Positions 20,716 through 32,123 of a stretch of 59,796 nucleotides of DNA are shown piece by piece; within the stretch, counting starts at the first letter, position 1; each line of letters begins with the position of its first letter. The position numbers and the translations under genes were made by a program. The stretch is from an uncultured Flavobacteriales bacterium. Lineage in GTDB: Bacteria; Bacteroidota; Bacteroidia; UBA10329. The notes below the pieces were generated by a model. That model was not told the DNA's origin, searched no databases, and worked only from the letters and a program-made list of their open reading frames with translations. The stretch is taken from assembly GCA_937900875.1 (NCBI GenBank), contig CALCGD010000016.1, positions 1-59,796 of the forward strand. The letters are read 5' to 3'.

Positions 20716-21312
20716 TTACTTATCCCTTGAGGCTTTAAATTGTTGGAGCACTAGCTGCGGGGTTAAGTTTGATTCTATTGCTGGTAGGTGGATTTCTAAC
20801 TCCTTTTCTGTGAACCTTAATTTTAGCGGTTTTGCGGGGTTGCCTACGCAAACCGAATAAGGCGGAATAGATCTTACTACCACCGAACCAGCTCCAACCA
20901 CAGCACCTTCCCCAATTTTCACTCCTTTTAGGATGGTGACATTGCTCCCAATCCAAGCGTTTTTTTCGATTACAATTGGCTCATTTTTACCTCCAGTTTT
21001 TACAAATCTCATTGGGGTTCCTACCTCGCTTATGTTGTGGTCTCCACCCATTATAGTTACCCTTTTTCCAAACATCACATTATCATGTATTTGAACCGCA
21101 ACGGTAGTATTAATCGTGGTGTCCAAACCCATAAAAACGTTATCACCAACTTCGATGAGGCGATGGTCAACAAATTCAGAATTATAACCAAACCTGAAAT
21201 TTTTGCCTACTTTTTTCAATGATGACTTGAGAATAAACCACCTGACGGGCCACAAAAAGTTAGGCAGCGCTCGTAAAATAAAACGTAGATACTTAGGGGA
21301 CATGTTGGTCAT
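20716..21312 (-). CDS. Hexapeptide-repeat O-acyltransferase
   Basis: WIGSNVTILKGVKIGEGAVVGAGSVV, GNPAK. Confidence 0.85.
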   Translation of the reverse strand: MTNMSPKYLRFILRALPNFLWPVRWFILKSSLKKVGKNFRFGYNSEFVDHRLIEVGDNVFMGLDTTINTTVAVQIHDNVMFGKRVTIMGGDHNISEVGTPMRFVKTGGKNEPIVIEKNAWIGSNVTILKGVKIGEGAVVGAGSVVVRSIPPYSVCVGNPAKPLKLRFTEKELEIHLPAIESNLTPQLVLQQFKASRDK

Positions 21313-21328
21313 TCCAGTACCAAAGGTA

Positions 21329-22312
21329 TTACTCCATTTTGGAGTCTGATTCTATTGTGTCTTTAAGCTCCTGCTTCTTCCAAGATACAAACTCGGCTAT
21401 GCCTTCTTCTTTAGTGTAAGCGGGGTTGTACCCCAGCATTTTCTTTGCCTTAGAAATATCAGCAAAGGTTATATCAACATCTCCAGTTTGCTTACCCTGT
21501 CTATCAATAATTGCCTCGGTTCCAATGTGGCGTTCTAGCGAGGAAATCAATTCTGACAATGTGATGGTTTTGGACTCTCCTAGATTGATAATATCGAAGC
21601 CATTTAGATTATTCAATGCTGCAGTTACCCCGTCTACAATATCAGACACAAATGTGTAATCGCGGGCAGAATCACCTGCCCCGAACACTGGAATAGGCAT
21701 TTTTTTAATGATTAAATCTGTGAACTTATGAATTGCCAAATCTGGTCGTTGTCTAGGGCCATACACAGTAAAAAAACGTAAACATGTAATATTGAATCCG
21801 TAGAGAGAATGCATTGTTCGACAGGCTAGTTCTCCGGCAACCTTTGAGGCCGCGTATGGCGAAATTGGCGAATCAACTCTATCGGCCTCCGCAAATGGCG
21901 TTTTTTTATTATTTCCGTAAACGGAAGAGGAAGAAGCAAACACCATGTTGAACAAACCTAGCTCTTTCATTATTTCGAGTAAATTCAGTGTTCCCATCAC
22001 GTTCACATCGAAATACTCCTTGGGATTTTTTATAGAAGGCCTTACCCCGGCTTTTGCAGCTAAATGCACAACCACATCGGGCATATGTGTGCCGAATATT
22101 TTGCGCATTTCATTCTCGCTTCTTATATCTGCTTCAATAAGGGTATAGTTCGGGTTTTTAAGTGCTTCTTCAATGTTTCGCTCTTTGATAGCCCTATCGT
22201 AAAAGGGGTCAAAATTATCAATGGCTATTACCGAGTTTCCCTGTTTCAAAAGGCTGTCGGCCAAATTTGAACCTATAAAGCCCGCGCCTCCGGTTATCAA
22301 TATCGTTTTCAT
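21329..22312 (-). CDS. NAD-dependent epimerase, UDP-glucuronate 4-epimerase-like
   Basis: TGGAGFIG, HLAAKAGVRPS, ASSSSVYG, YAASK, RFFTVYGPRQRPDLA. Confidence 0.88.
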   Translation of the reverse strand: MKTILITGGAGFIGSNLADSLLKQGNSVIAIDNFDPFYDRAIKERNIEEALKNPNYTLIEADIRSENEMRKIFGTHMPDVVVHLAAKAGVRPSIKNPKEYFDVNVMGTLNLLEIMKELGLFNMVFASSSSVYGNNKKTPFAEADRVDSPISPYAASKVAGELACRTMHSLYGFNITCLRFFTVYGPRQRPDLAIHKFTDLIIKKMPIPVFGAGDSARDYTFVSDIVDGVTAALNNLNGFDIINLGESKTITLSELISSLERHIGTEAIIDRQGKQTGDVDITFADISKAKKMLGYNPAYTKEEGIAEFVSWKKQELKDTIESDSKME

Positions 22313-22319
22313 TCAATAA

Positions 22320-23411
22320 TTATTTAAAGAGCTCTTTATACGTTTTATAAAAGCTGTCTATCATTTGTTGAATACTGAACTTGTTCTGTACTAATAGTTG
22401 CCCTGCCTTTCCGAATTGCTCTCTCTTGTTTTCATCTCCCAACAAATCTGTCAACCTTTCGGTTAAGTCAACGGAATCGTGTGTTTTCAAGAGATATCCC
22501 GTTTGATCGTGTTCAATAATCTCAGGGGTACCTCCATTATCCGTTGCAAGTACGGGAATTCCTAGGGCACAGAATTCGAGCAGCGCATTAGATATTCCTT
22601 CTCCGTGTAGGTGTGTGTTTGTACAAAGTACTCCTATATCACATACGTTCATAATGGACTCAACCCCACTCTGACTGCCGAGGAATAATATGTTGGACTT
22701 CCACTTTGGATTGACCGTTGCTTTAAGTGGCTCAGCGTTTCCACCACCGATACATAAGAAGGTTACATCAGTTCTGGTTTCAAGTACTTTTTGGGCCGCC
22801 TCTAAATACGTAGCGTAGTCCTTCTTTGGATAAAACGTTGCCACCATGCCCACTACCATGGGTGTGGTAATATTGAATTTTGATCGAATTTCCTGCTTAT
22901 CAGTAAGGTTTGCCAATCGTTGAAAATCAAACCCGTTGTAAATGACTGAGCTTTTTTTTGTTGGGGCATTGTATGTTTTCAATCCAGCATAGCTGTTTGC
23001 AAGGATTTTATCGGATACAGGGAATGTCAATTTTGGCCCAAGAAGACCAAAAGACACATTTATAGGAGAATCTGTTATCTGGCTATTGATAAGAACCCCA
23101 CCAAGCAAGAGTCTTGCAGGCAAGGAATAAATAGCCACCATGTTGCCCCAAACGTGAATCAGGTCTGGTTTTACCTTTCGAACTATGTTAAAGAATTTGA
23201 AGAGAATGCGAGGATCCTTCTTCCATTTATTACGAATTGCGTAATGAATTCGCACATCTAAATCAAGAATATCAGTGTAATGAATTTCCTTGCTCATTAA
23301 CACAATCTCTATATCAATATCAGGATATTGACTCAGTTTCTTAATTAGTTCTACTAGTCTTCGCTCCTTTCCGCCAGGGCCTAAATTTTCTATGAAGTAG
23401 AGTACCTTCAT
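22320..23411 (-). CDS. Glycosyltransferase family 4
   Basis: GGKERR, IYNGFD, EGISNALLEFCALGIPVLAT. Confidence 0.88.
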   Translation of the reverse strand: MKVLYFIENLGPGGKERRLVELIKKLSQYPDIDIEIVLMSKEIHYTDILDLDVRIHYAIRNKWKKDPRILFKFFNIVRKVKPDLIHVWGNMVAIYSLPARLLLGGVLINSQITDSPINVSFGLLGPKLTFPVSDKILANSYAGLKTYNAPTKKSSVIYNGFDFQRLANLTDKQEIRSKFNITTPMVVGMVATFYPKKDYATYLEAAQKVLETRTDVTFLCIGGGNAEPLKATVNPKWKSNILFLGSQSGVESIMNVCDIGVLCTNTHLHGEGISNALLEFCALGIPVLATDNGGTPEIIEHDQTGYLLKTHDSVDLTERLTDLLGDENKREQFGKAGQLLVQNKFSIQQMIDSFYKTYKELFK

Positions 23412-24577
23412 TCAGCTAGCATTGATGTTAATCTCTCTGAATAGACCTTATAGTCAAAAAGCTTTCTGCCCAACTTTTGTCCTTCTTTGCCAATATTCGC
23501 TGCCATTTCTTCATTTGAATTGACCTCTGTCAATTTTTGTGCGAAACTAGAAGGACTTGCGGCACTTGAGACAAAAGCGGTCTTTCCATCCTCAAAATAT
23601 ATTTTCACTTCTCCAATGGCGGTTGTAACTATTGGGTTTCCCGTTGCTAGGTACTCAGATATCTTGTGAGGGAATCTGGCCTTGTCTGTGACGGTGTCTC
23701 GCAAAGGAATAAGTAAGGCAGTGGCGCATTTGTAGCAGTTGATTAACTCGTCAAACGGAAGATCTGATTTAAGCGTTATAAGGTGAGCCTTTTTGCTTTC
23801 GCGTATTTTTTCGTTCACACGTTTCATTTGATCTGCCCTACCATGAATGACAAGCAACAGAGCGGTATCAGCAACTTCAGATTGATCAAATGCCTCTATA
23901 ACCAGCTCTAAGGCCTCTGAGTAACTAGCACCAGCGCAATAGAGAAAGTACTTTTCGGGTAATAGACCTCTTTCACCGGCACCTTCAAAGAGCTGAAAAT
24001 CGGTTAGAGGTAATACTTTCAGTTTTGGATTATCCCAAGATTGTTTGAGCACGTTTCCGTTAAGCACATCACTTATGTAGGTAATCCGGCTACAATATTT
24101 CGCAAAATTCTCGTCAAACTTCTTGTCAGTTCCCTTAGAAGACTTCATTGAGTCTATTTGTTCTACATAGTCGAATACGAGATCAATGCCTAAAATTCTG
24201 GATAGTGTTGAATAATACTTAAGCTCTACGAAGGAGTTGGTGTTCACAAATAGATGATTTAACCTACCCGTAATCCTCCGCCAAAAAATGAAAAGAAACT
24301 CTCCAATTAATCCAATGAATTTTAGCGTATTTCGGATAACAAAATTCGGATTATAGTAAGCCGTACCAGAACAGTACAAATAGTCTATTCCTCTAAAACA
24401 ACCATTTGATGGAATGCGTTCTGAACTAAGATTAGTGTTTCTATGATTGCCTCTTCTGTTACAAACAGTTACATGATGCCCTGCAGCAACCAAGGCCAAA
24501 CTAATGTACAACTGCCGCTGTACTTGAGCCATTCCATGCGGAAAACCATTTGAACCTACGTATACTATACTTCTCAA
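23408..24577 (-). CDS. Glycosyltransferase family 4 (divergent)
   Basis: FPHGMA N-terminus, RFPHKISEYLATGNPIVTT. Confidence 0.8.
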   Translation of the reverse strand: MRSIVYVGSNGFPHGMAQVQRQLYISLALVAAGHHVTVCNRRGNHRNTNLSSERIPSNGCFRGIDYLYCSGTAYYNPNFVIRNTLKFIGLIGEFLFIFWRRITGRLNHLFVNTNSFVELKYYSTLSRILGIDLVFDYVEQIDSMKSSKGTDKKFDENFAKYCSRITYISDVLNGNVLKQSWDNPKLKVLPLTDFQLFEGAGERGLLPEKYFLYCAGASYSEALELVIEAFDQSEVADTALLLVIHGRADQMKRVNEKIRESKKAHLITLKSDLPFDELINCYKCATALLIPLRDTVTDKARFPHKISEYLATGNPIVTTAIGEVKIYFEDGKTAFVSSAASPSSFAQKLTEVNSNEEMAANIGKEGQKLGRKLFDYKVYSERLTSMLAE

Positions 24578-25215
24578 ACCTCGATTTCTTTAATCACTTT
24601 GGCAGGGTTACCTCCTGCAATAACATTTGCAGGAATATTAGTTACAACAACGCTATTGGCAGTTATAACACTATTCTCTCCAATCGTGACGCCCTTCAGA
24701 ACAACAGCTCCGTATCCGAGCCAAACATTTCGTTTTATGTGTACAGGCTTCGATTTAGATCGACCAGACAGATGCCTTTCTTTCGGATTGACAACATGCC
24801 AATCGAAATCGGTGACCAAAGAATTCGCACCAAACAATACGTCATCATCAATGGTGATCAACTCAGAGCATCCAATAACAGCTCCGCTTAATCCACACCT
24901 ATTTCCAATCTTTATTTGTGCGCCCTGCTTGTGTGTAGCAATGGTACATTTCCTGTTAAGCCCAATTAAGTTCGAACTTGGACTAGATCTAAATCTGCAA
25001 TTATTCCCTATCTCAATGCTACTATTATAAACCCGTTGGGTGATTGGTATTCCGTAAAAATCACAACCTGAACCAAACCTAATTCCTGAAGCCTTCCATA
25101 CGGTTTTAGTGATTAAACCAGATGCCATTCTGTTAATCTTGAATGACCAAGCCGTTAATCGCGCAAAGACTAATGCAGGGAAATCGTTTCTCAGTTTCTG
25201 CAGCCGACTACCCAT
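24574..25215 (-). CDS. Hexapeptide-repeat acyltransferase
   Basis: DFDWH, VWLGYGAVVLKGVTIGENSVI, GNPAK. Confidence 0.85.
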   Translation of the reverse strand: MGSRLQKLRNDFPALVFARLTAWSFKINRMASGLITKTVWKASGIRFGSGCDFYGIPITQRVYNSSIEIGNNCRFRSSPSSNLIGLNRKCTIATHKQGAQIKIGNRCGLSGAVIGCSELITIDDDVLFGANSLVTDFDWHVVNPKERHLSGRSKSKPVHIKRNVWLGYGAVVLKGVTIGENSVITANSVVVTNIPANVIAGGNPAKVIKEIEV

Positions 25216-26485
25216 TTGCGTTAATGTTAGTTTGTGGCATTGTAAACCTTCTTGGCCTACTCATTGCATTTACAAAACCAATTAAAAGCAGACACCAAAA
25301 CACAATATTAGACTGCAGTGGATTCGAAAAAACGGGCAGCAAAATCACTACCGAAATAAGAAGTCTTTCTATCACAGAAGCGTTGTATTCATATGGGATA
25401 AAGCCCGATAAACAGAACCCTAAAAAAAGCATTCCAACTAGACCAAATTTACCCATAAGAACCGCCAAGCCATTAGGATTGGACCACATATTTCCCAGAC
25501 CCAACATTTCGTAATCTTCATCCCAACCATAACCTAACATTGGCCTAAACTTCAACCTGTCCAGTTCGATTAATATTCCCGCAAACCTACCAATTGACTT
25601 CTTTTCGCCCACCTCTAATCTCCGCTCGTACAGAGATTTGTAATCTACATTCTTCTCTAAATACTCATCAATCTTTCCCTTCATAAACGGTAGATTATAA
25701 ACAGGAATGGCTATTACTAATCCAATCCCTAAGGCCGAAATAAGTTTAACGCTTTGCTTTTTATATTTTTTGTAATAAATAAGTGCCAAAAGCGTAAAAA
25801 GGCCAAAAAGTGTAGTGGTGGAAATTGTTGTTACTGAATAAACCATGAGAATCTTCATTTCACGGCTAAACTTCATTGCGTTTGTAACCACATACATGTA
25901 CACCAGCTGAAGCACTATCATTGCTCCAAAAGCGCCAGGTTCCCACATAAATCCGCTGTTTCTTACAACGCCATTTGAATACAGTTCTGCCAACCACGGA
26001 TTCATGTTGTAAAAGAACACGTATACACCCCCTTCTATGGCCTGAACATGATAGGACATATTGAATGGAGAGAGTACCGCTTTAAGGGTTGACTCACTAA
26101 TAAGATGTACTACGTAAAACGGAATCGTTATTAATGTGAGAGAATACAAATCCCTAAAAAGGGTATCTGTATAGCTGCGACCATGCTGCTTAACCATATG
26201 GTAAATTGCTATTACAACCACGTAAAACTTAATGGCCCCAACAGTGAATACGCCATTAGAAACGAGGTGCCACACCCAGACCAAGATAAAACCTCCGGCT
26301 AGCCAACCTCCTGCTTTATCTTTTATCCATTTTACGCCAGTGGTTCTTAAAAGATAACCAATGGTTACCAAAAAGAAGATTAATACTGCTTGGGGACTGT
26401 TGGCAAAATCGTTAGTAGCTGCCGCCATAAAAATGACGTACATGTTGTACAAAAACAGAAACAATCGCCTTGACGAAATTTTCAT
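25208..26485 (-). CDS. wzy: Polysaccharide polymerase (Wzy-like)
   Basis: About 10 hydrophobic segments. RNSGFMWEPGAFG, STT and RPMLGYG motifs typical of Wzy/O-antigen ligase-like proteins. Locus context agrees. Confidence 0.7.
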   Translation of the reverse strand: MKISSRRLFLFLYNMYVIFMAAATNDFANSPQAVLIFFLVTIGYLLRTTGVKWIKDKAGGWLAGGFILVWVWHLVSNGVFTVGAIKFYVVVIAIYHMVKQHGRSYTDTLFRDLYSLTLITIPFYVVHLISESTLKAVLSPFNMSYHVQAIEGGVYVFFYNMNPWLAELYSNGVVRNSGFMWEPGAFGAMIVLQLVYMYVVTNAMKFSREMKILMVYSVTTISTTTLFGLFTLLALIYYKKYKKQSVKLISALGIGLVIAIPVYNLPFMKGKIDEYLEKNVDYKSLYERRLEVGEKKSIGRFAGILIELDRLKFRPMLGYGWDEDYEMLGLGNMWSNPNGLAVLMGKFGLVGMLFLGFCLSGFIPYEYNASVIERLLISVVILLPVFSNPLQSNIVFWCLLLIGFVNAMSRPRRFTMPQTNINANG

Positions 26486-26555
26486 TTATGTAGCTTTTGC
26501 GAGTATTTCATTGTGGCTTTTCCTTCAATCGGAAAAAACGAGCATAGCGACACTC

Positions 26556-27233
26556 TCATTTCAATTCAGAGCTATTTAGAAACTCTTCCACGCTTAAGAA
26601 TTTATCCTTGTTTAATTTTATTTTTTCAACCGACCAATTCCACCATTCCAACCCTTTTATTCGTTCAATCTCGTTTTGGGTAAACCGGTACTTTAAAACC
26701 TTAGCAGGAATTCCTCCCACAACAGCGTATGGCTCTACGTTCTTGGTAACAACCGCTCCGGCAGCAATCACGGCTCCATCTCCAATTGTAAGGCCTCCCA
26801 TAATTATACTGTTGTTCCCGATCCAAACATCGTTGCCAATCTTGGTTTTTTCATACTCTTGAAAATGGTCTTTTTCCGCAAAATAATGGTCCTTCTTGTT
26901 GGTATAAAAAGCAGGATGTATTGATACTAAATCTGTTGGATGAATACCTAGACCGATTGACACGTTTGATCCTATACAACTGAATTTTCCTATGTCTGTA
27001 TTACTAATTGACGAGTTTCTATTTACATAAGAGAAGTCTCCGATGCTGCAATTGGACATTGTAATATTATCCGTGAGAAGATTGTTTAAACCAAACTTCA
27101 CTGTGCCAACCGAATTATCCTTTCCAAGCATCAGGTTTTTACCTGCGTTGCGCTTGAGCACAATTTGTTTATGTCTGAAAAAAATCAGCCATTTAACAAA
27201 AGGAATGTTTTTGATGTCTGAGAGCAACGGCAT
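26556..27233 (-). CDS. CatB-related O-acetyltransferase (polysaccharide O-acetylation)
   Basis: [31 protein letters not shown]-terminal WW. Lies between wzx and wzy. Confidence 0.85.
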   Translation of the reverse strand: MPLLSDIKNIPFVKWLIFFRHKQIVLKRNAGKNLMLGKDNSVGTVKFGLNNLLTDNITMSNCSIGDFSYVNRNSSISNTDIGKFSCIGSNVSIGLGIHPTDLVSIHPAFYTNKKDHYFAEKDHFQEYEKTKIGNDVWIGNNSIIMGGLTIGDGAVIAAGAVVTKNVEPYAVVGGIPAKVLKYRFTQNEIERIKGLEWWNWSVEKIKLNKDKFLSVEEFLNSSELK

Positions 27234-28597
27234 TACTTATTCCAAATTCCAGATGCTGTCTTATTTAAATTGACGTACGCTTGATATGGCATTATTAAAG
27301 CAAAAACCCCAAGCGATATAATACTTGCTAATATAACCCCAGAGTTTCCCATGGACAAGTTCTTGGCAAAGTAAATGGAAAGTGGAATATTTAAACCAGC
27401 CGCAACCACTAGTACTATAAGCTGCACCAGCACTTTTCCAATTCCATTGATGTAATGCAGAAAAATTGAGGAAAAAGTGGCAATGCAAACAAAAATGCCG
27501 ACCAACGCTGATAGTTGAAAAGATACTGTACCCGCAAGCTTATCTCCTACCCAAAATTCAAGTAGATATGGTGATATGGCTAGAAGAAACAGTGCTGCCA
27601 GACAAAACCCGCCCCAGACACCAATCAACTTTTTAAGGGCTCCTTTTATCCAATCCACATCTCCTGTGGCATGGGCCTGAGTGAATGAAGACCACATTGG
27701 CACCATAACTATACTAAATCCGAGGGTGATTAAACTAAATACCTTCTGAGGTAAGTAATAAGTCGTAACGTGTTCTGGGCCAAGCACTTGAGTTATTATC
27801 ATATTGTCGGTGGCAAAAATGATAATGGACCCTGCCTGAAGAAAGAAAAATTTTATCCCCAGGGTTAGTAGGCTTCTAACTTTGGTTTTATCGTAAAATT
27901 TAAATGAAGGCCTTATTGCCTGATAATCTTTAGAAAAAAACCAAATTGAAGCAAGAATATAAATCAATACAATTGGAAGAGTGATAAGCATTCCAACCAA
28001 CAAAATCGAACCCTCATCATGCCACGAAATGACTGCAAAAAGTCCTAGAATGGTAAGAATATTACCTGCCGCCAAAAAGACGTTGTTCATTGATGGCCGC
28101 AAATCTGCAGTTAGTATAACACCTACCAACTTGAGTACAAAACGAACACAAAACGAAGCGAACACAAGCCATACCAACCAGTTTATTTGCGAAGTAATTT
28201 CGGCTGGAGCTTTTAAAATCGCGCTCCAATCAAGAAAAAGTGTGAGGGCAGAGAATACTACTAGCATAAGAGTAGCAATAGCTGCAATGGAAAAATAGGC
28301 CGAACTCACATAGGCCCTAGCAGATGAGTCGTCTTTCTCGGTAAATGCCTTGGCGAGATGATTTCTTAATCCGTTTCCTAAGCCGATATCTAAGAAAGAA
28401 AACCAGCCAATGACAGAGCCTAAGGTTAGCCATACACCATAGCTCGCCTCTCCAATGAAACCTAAAATCAGAGGAACCTGAATGAAGCCAATTCCAATGT
28501 TTATGCTTTTCAGCAAAAATGAAAACAAGATTTCCTTTTTTGCCTTTACGCTACGCTCATGGCCTTTAGAAAAAAACTTTTTTATCCAAGATTGCAT
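27233..28597 (-). CDS. wzx: Oligosaccharide flippase (Wzx)
   Basis: About 12 TM segments. YGVWLTL...[10 protein letters not shown] and [11 protein letters not shown] motifs. Confidence 0.85.
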   Translation of the reverse strand: MQSWIKKFFSKGHERSVKAKKEILFSFLLKSINIGIGFIQVPLILGFIGEASYGVWLTLGSVIGWFSFLDIGLGNGLRNHLAKAFTEKDDSSARAYVSSAYFSIAAIATLMLVVFSALTLFLDWSAILKAPAEITSQINWLVWLVFASFCVRFVLKLVGVILTADLRPSMNNVFLAAGNILTILGLFAVISWHDEGSILLVGMLITLPIVLIYILASIWFFSKDYQAIRPSFKFYDKTKVRSLLTLGIKFFFLQAGSIIIFATDNMIITQVLGPEHVTTYYLPQKVFSLITLGFSIVMVPMWSSFTQAHATGDVDWIKGALKKLIGVWGGFCLAALFLLAISPYLLEFWVGDKLAGTVSFQLSALVGIFVCIATFSSIFLHYINGIGKVLVQLIVLVVAAGLNIPLSIYFAKNLSMGNSGVILASIISLGVFALIMPYQAYVNLNKTASGIWNK

Positions 28598-28603
28598 CCC
28601 TAA

Positions 28604-29719
28604 CTACTCAAAATAATCGAGCGTTTTATAGCCGTTGTTTTTCAGCAATTGGTCTTTTTTGAAAATGGCGATATCGCCTTTCATCATGTCTTCCACCAAA
28701 GCTTGAAGATCATATTTTGGAATCCAGCCAAGCTGTGTGTTAGCCTTAGTTGGGTCGCCAATAAGAAGATCTACTTCTGTCGGCCTAAAATACTCTGGGT
28801 CTACAGCCACAATTTCTTTCCCTAATTCAATTTGGTATTCTGGATTAGTACAAGCAGAAACATAGCCTTTTTCGTTTATCCCTTCGCCCTTAAATTCAAG
28901 TTCAACACCAACCTGTTTAAAGGCCATTTTCACAAAGTCGCGAACACTAGTTGTTTTACCTGTTGCTATTACGAAATCTTCTGGCGTTTCTTGCTGAAGG
29001 ATAAGCCACATAGCTTCTACATAGTCCTTTGCATGACCCCAATCTCGCTTGGCATCAAGATTTCCTAAGTAGATTTTCTGCTGCATACCAAGCGCAATTC
29101 TAGCTGCAGCTCTTGTAATCTTTCTGGTAACAAAAGTCTCTCCTCTAACGGGAGATTCGTGGTTGAAAAGGATGCCATTGCACGCATACATACCGTAAGC
29201 TTCGCGATAGTTTACAGTAATCCAATAGGCGTACATTTTAGCCACTGCGTAAGGAGAGCGTGGGTAAAATGGCGTTTTCTCACTTTGTGGAACTTCTTGA
29301 ACTAGACCATACAATTCTGATGTTGACGCTTGATAAATCTTGGTCTTTTTTGTCATTCCAAGAAGACGAACAGCCTCAAGAATTCTAAGTGTTCCTGTAC
29401 CATCGGCATTTGCAGTGTACTCTGGAATGTCGAAACTCACTTTAACGTGGCTCATTGCCGCTAAGTTGTAAATTTCATCCGGTTGCACTTCCTGAATGAT
29501 TCTGGTAAGATTCATTGAATCTGTAAGGTCACCATAATGCAATTTGAACTGCACATTATCCTCATGTCTATCGTGATAGAGGTGGTCAATTCTGTCAGTA
29601 TTAAAAAGGGAACTTCTTCGCTTTATTCCGTGTACCTCATACCCTTTCTTCAATAGAAATTCGGAGAGATAGGCTCCATCCTGACCGGTAACTCCGGTTA
29701 TCAATGCTACTTTTTTCAT
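28604..29719 (-). CDS. gmd: GDP-mannose 4,6-dehydratase
   Basis: [42 protein letters not shown]. Confidence 0.97.
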   Translation of the reverse strand: MKKVALITGVTGQDGAYLSEFLLKKGYEVHGIKRRSSLFNTDRIDHLYHDRHEDNVQFKLHYGDLTDSMNLTRIIQEVQPDEIYNLAAMSHVKVSFDIPEYTANADGTGTLRILEAVRLLGMTKKTKIYQASTSELYGLVQEVPQSEKTPFYPRSPYAVAKMYAYWITVNYREAYGMYACNGILFNHESPVRGETFVTRKITRAAARIALGMQQKIYLGNLDAKRDWGHAKDYVEAMWLILQQETPEDFVIATGKTTSVRDFVKMAFKQVGVELEFKGEGINEKGYVSACTNPEYQIELGKEIVAVDPEYFRPTEVDLLIGDPTKANTQLGWIPKYDLQALVEDMMKGDIAIFKKDQLLKNNGYKTLDYFE

Positions 29720-30657
29720 ACTGAGTAATATTCTTGCTGATTAAGAAAATCAGCATAGGTCATTTCAATTCCTTCTCGTAAGGCAATCTTTCTTTTCCAA
29801 CCTAAGTTGGTCAATTTGGTCACATCCATCCACTTGCGCGGAGTTCCATCTGGCATATCGGTATTCCAGTCAATTGTGCCTTCAAAACCAGTTACATCTC
29901 TAATCAATTCCACCAATTCTTTAATAGAAACATCTTCTCCCGCTCCGATATTTACCAATTCTCTATCGTTGTAATTCTGCATAAGAAAAATGCAAGCATC
30001 GGCCAATTCATCAGCATAGAGAAATTCTCTTTTTGGGGTGCCCGTTCCCCAAACTTCTACCGATGGACTACCGTTCTCCTTCGCCTCATGAAACTTTCTG
30101 ATAAGCGCTGGGAGCACATGAGAATTCTTCAAGTCGTAATTATCGCCAATGCCGTAAAGATTGGTTGGCATAACGCTTATGAAGTTACATCCGTATTGAT
30201 CACGGTAATTTTCGCAAAGCTTAATACCGGCTATTTTGGCAATCGCGTATGGCTCGTTTGTTGGCTCCAACTCTCCGGTAAGCAGGTAGTTTTCTTTCAA
30301 TGGCTGAGGCGCCATTTTCGGGTAAATACACGATGACCCTAGGAACATAAGCTTCTCAACTTTGTGCTCATATGCAGCATGGATTACGTTTGACGCAATC
30401 ATCAAATTATCGTACAAAAAGTCTGCACGGTACGTATTATTTGCATGAATGCCACCCACCTTTGCCGCAGCCAAAAACACATATTCTGGTTTTTCCTCTT
30501 CGAAAAAGGCGTTAACCGCAGCTTGGTTTTTCAGATTAAGTTGCGATGAAGTACGGAATATTAGGTTGTTGTATCCTGCTTGTTTGAGCAAACGACAAAT
30601 AGCAGAACCGACCATTCCTCTATGGCCTGCGATATAGATTTTTGAATCGTGTTTCAT
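29716..30657 (-). CDS. fcl: GDP-L-fucose synthase
   Basis: [48 protein letters not shown]. Confidence 0.96.
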   Translation of the reverse strand: MKHDSKIYIAGHRGMVGSAICRLLKQAGYNNLIFRTSSQLNLKNQAAVNAFFEEEKPEYVFLAAAKVGGIHANNTYRADFLYDNLMIASNVIHAAYEHKVEKLMFLGSSCIYPKMAPQPLKENYLLTGELEPTNEPYAIAKIAGIKLCENYRDQYGCNFISVMPTNLYGIGDNYDLKNSHVLPALIRKFHEAKENGSPSVEVWGTGTPKREFLYADELADACIFLMQNYNDRELVNIGAGEDVSIKELVELIRDVTGFEGTIDWNTDMPDGTPRKWMDVTKLTNLGWKRKIALREGIEMTYADFLNQQEYYSV

Positions 30658-30677
30658 TGTCCTTTTGGTTCCGCTGG

Positions 30678-30685
30678 CAAAGCTA
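30678..30685 (-). promoter_or_regulatory. -7 box (TAGCTTTG, minus strand) heading the fcl-gmd-wzx operon
   Basis: Reverse complement of CAAAGCTA, 20 nt upstream of the fcl start. Confidence 0.55.
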
Positions 30686-30725
30686 GTTATTATAGAATCT
30701 TATACCCTGATGCGGTTCTAGCCGT

Positions 30726-32123
30726 TCAGCCCATCAACTCAGTTGTAGAAATTCCTTTTAACAACGGCAAAATCACTACGTTTTTAACCAAATCATTCCC
30801 AACAACTTGTTGTTTGGAGTAATCTCCACCTTTAACAAGCGTATTGGGTTGTAATGCTTTTATGAGCTCGAATGGTGTGTCTTCTTCAAATACGATAATG
30901 CCATCCACAAAAGGAAGAGCAGAAAGCGCCTCTACTCGCTGATTGAGCTTGTTTATTGGTCGTTGCGACCCCTTTAATCGCCTGATAGAATCATCAGAAT
31001 TAAGACCTACAATAAGCTTATCGCCCAACGCCTGAGCCTCCTTTAATAATTGACGATGACCTTGATGCAATACATCAAAACACCCGTTGGTGAACACAAC
31101 TTTTTGGTTCGAAACAGTTTGTTTGAAGGCCGAAATCGCTCCTTTTTCAATCAGTTTGGAGCCTTGGCTTACAAATGATGAAAGCTCGCTCTGTTTCACC
31201 ACCGCAGTACCTAGTTTGCTTACCACAATACCCGCAGCAGCATTCGCCAAAAAGGCACTTTCAGAAACGGTTTTTCCTTGAGCTAGGCTTACACCAAGCG
31301 TGGCCAAAACAGTATCTCCGGCACCGCTTACGTCATACACTTCTAGCGCTCTGGTTGGAATATTAAGCACAGAATTTTTCGAAACCACGGACATTCCGTA
31401 GCTAGAACGAGTGGCTACAATATTTTCAATCCTGAACTGGTTTCTGAGTTTATTACAGGCATCAACAATTTGATTGTCATCATTCTTCACCCCATTACCC
31501 GCAGCAGTCATTCCTAGCTCCAAAAGATTTGGCGTTACTAGAAACGCACCAGAGTAGCTAGACCAATCGGCCCGTTTTGGGTCAACTAAAACTCGTTTGT
31601 TTTCTTTTTTGGCGAGTGTAAACACCTCTTCTAAAACAGCATTTGATAAGGTTCCTTTGGCGTAATCCGACAATAGAACAATATCACACGCCTTGATTTG
31701 AGTTGAGAGAATGCTTTTTATTGAATTGAATTCAGCATCGGTCCATTCAATAAATTCTTCTTTATCAAATCGAACAATTTGCTGCCCCGAAACAACGCGT
31801 GTCTTTACAATTGTTGGTTGATTTCCTTTTACAAATGCGGTTTTGATACCAAGGTTTTCGCAACTGTTTTGAACCTCATTCGCTTGATTATCATTCCCAA
31901 GTTTGCCAACAAGAACCGTTTCGGCTCCTAAAGAAGCAGCGTTACTAGCTACGTTTCCAGCCCCACCAAGCGTACTCCATTCTCGCTCCACTTTTACCAC
32001 TGGCACAGGGGCTTCCGGACTAATTCTATCAACCTTTCCTGAGACGTAATGATCCATCATTACATCACCAATAACCAATATGCGTGGTGTGTTTTTCAAT
32101 TCCTGACTTAAACAATCATGCAA
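30726..32123 (-). CDS. hldE: Bifunctional heptose-7-phosphate kinase / heptose-1-phosphate adenylyltransferase
   Basis: RISPEAPVPV, GGAGNVA and DVSGAGDT in the PfkB kinase domain, then FTNGCFDVLHQGH, GLNSD, KGGDY in the nucleotidyltransferase domain. Start codon uncertain (TTG overlapping cysN). Confidence 0.9.
   Translation of the reverse strand: MHDCLSQELKNTPRILVIGDVMMDHYVSGKVDRISPEAPVPVVKVEREWSTLGGAGNVASNAASLGAETVLVGKLGNDNQANEVQNSCENLGIKTAFVKGNQPTIVKTRVVSGQQIVRFDKEEFIEWTDAEFNSIKSILSTQIKACDIVLLSDYAKGTLSNAVLEEVFTLAKKENKRVLVDPKRADWSSYSGAFLVTPNLLELGMTAAGNGVKNDDNQIVDACNKLRNQFRIENIVATRSSYGMSVVSKNSVLNIPTRALEVYDVSGAGDTVLATLGVSLAQGKTVSESAFLANAAAGIVVSKLGTAVVKQSELSSFVSQGSKLIEKGAISAFKQTVSNQKVVFTNGCFDVLHQGHRQLLKEAQALGDKLIVGLNSDDSIRRLKGSQRPINKLNQRVEALSALPFVDGIIVFEEDTPFELIKALQPNTLVKGGDYSKQQVVGNDLVKNVVILPLLKGISTTELMG

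Noticed and set aside
26556-27233. Possible chloramphenicol/streptogramin acetyltransferase resistance gene
   Set aside because: It is embedded between wzx and wzy. CatB-like folds are common polysaccharide O-acetyltransferases.
28604-30657. fcl preceding gmd, the reverse of the enterobacterial order
   Set aside because: A simple gene-order variant with no sign of functional novelty.
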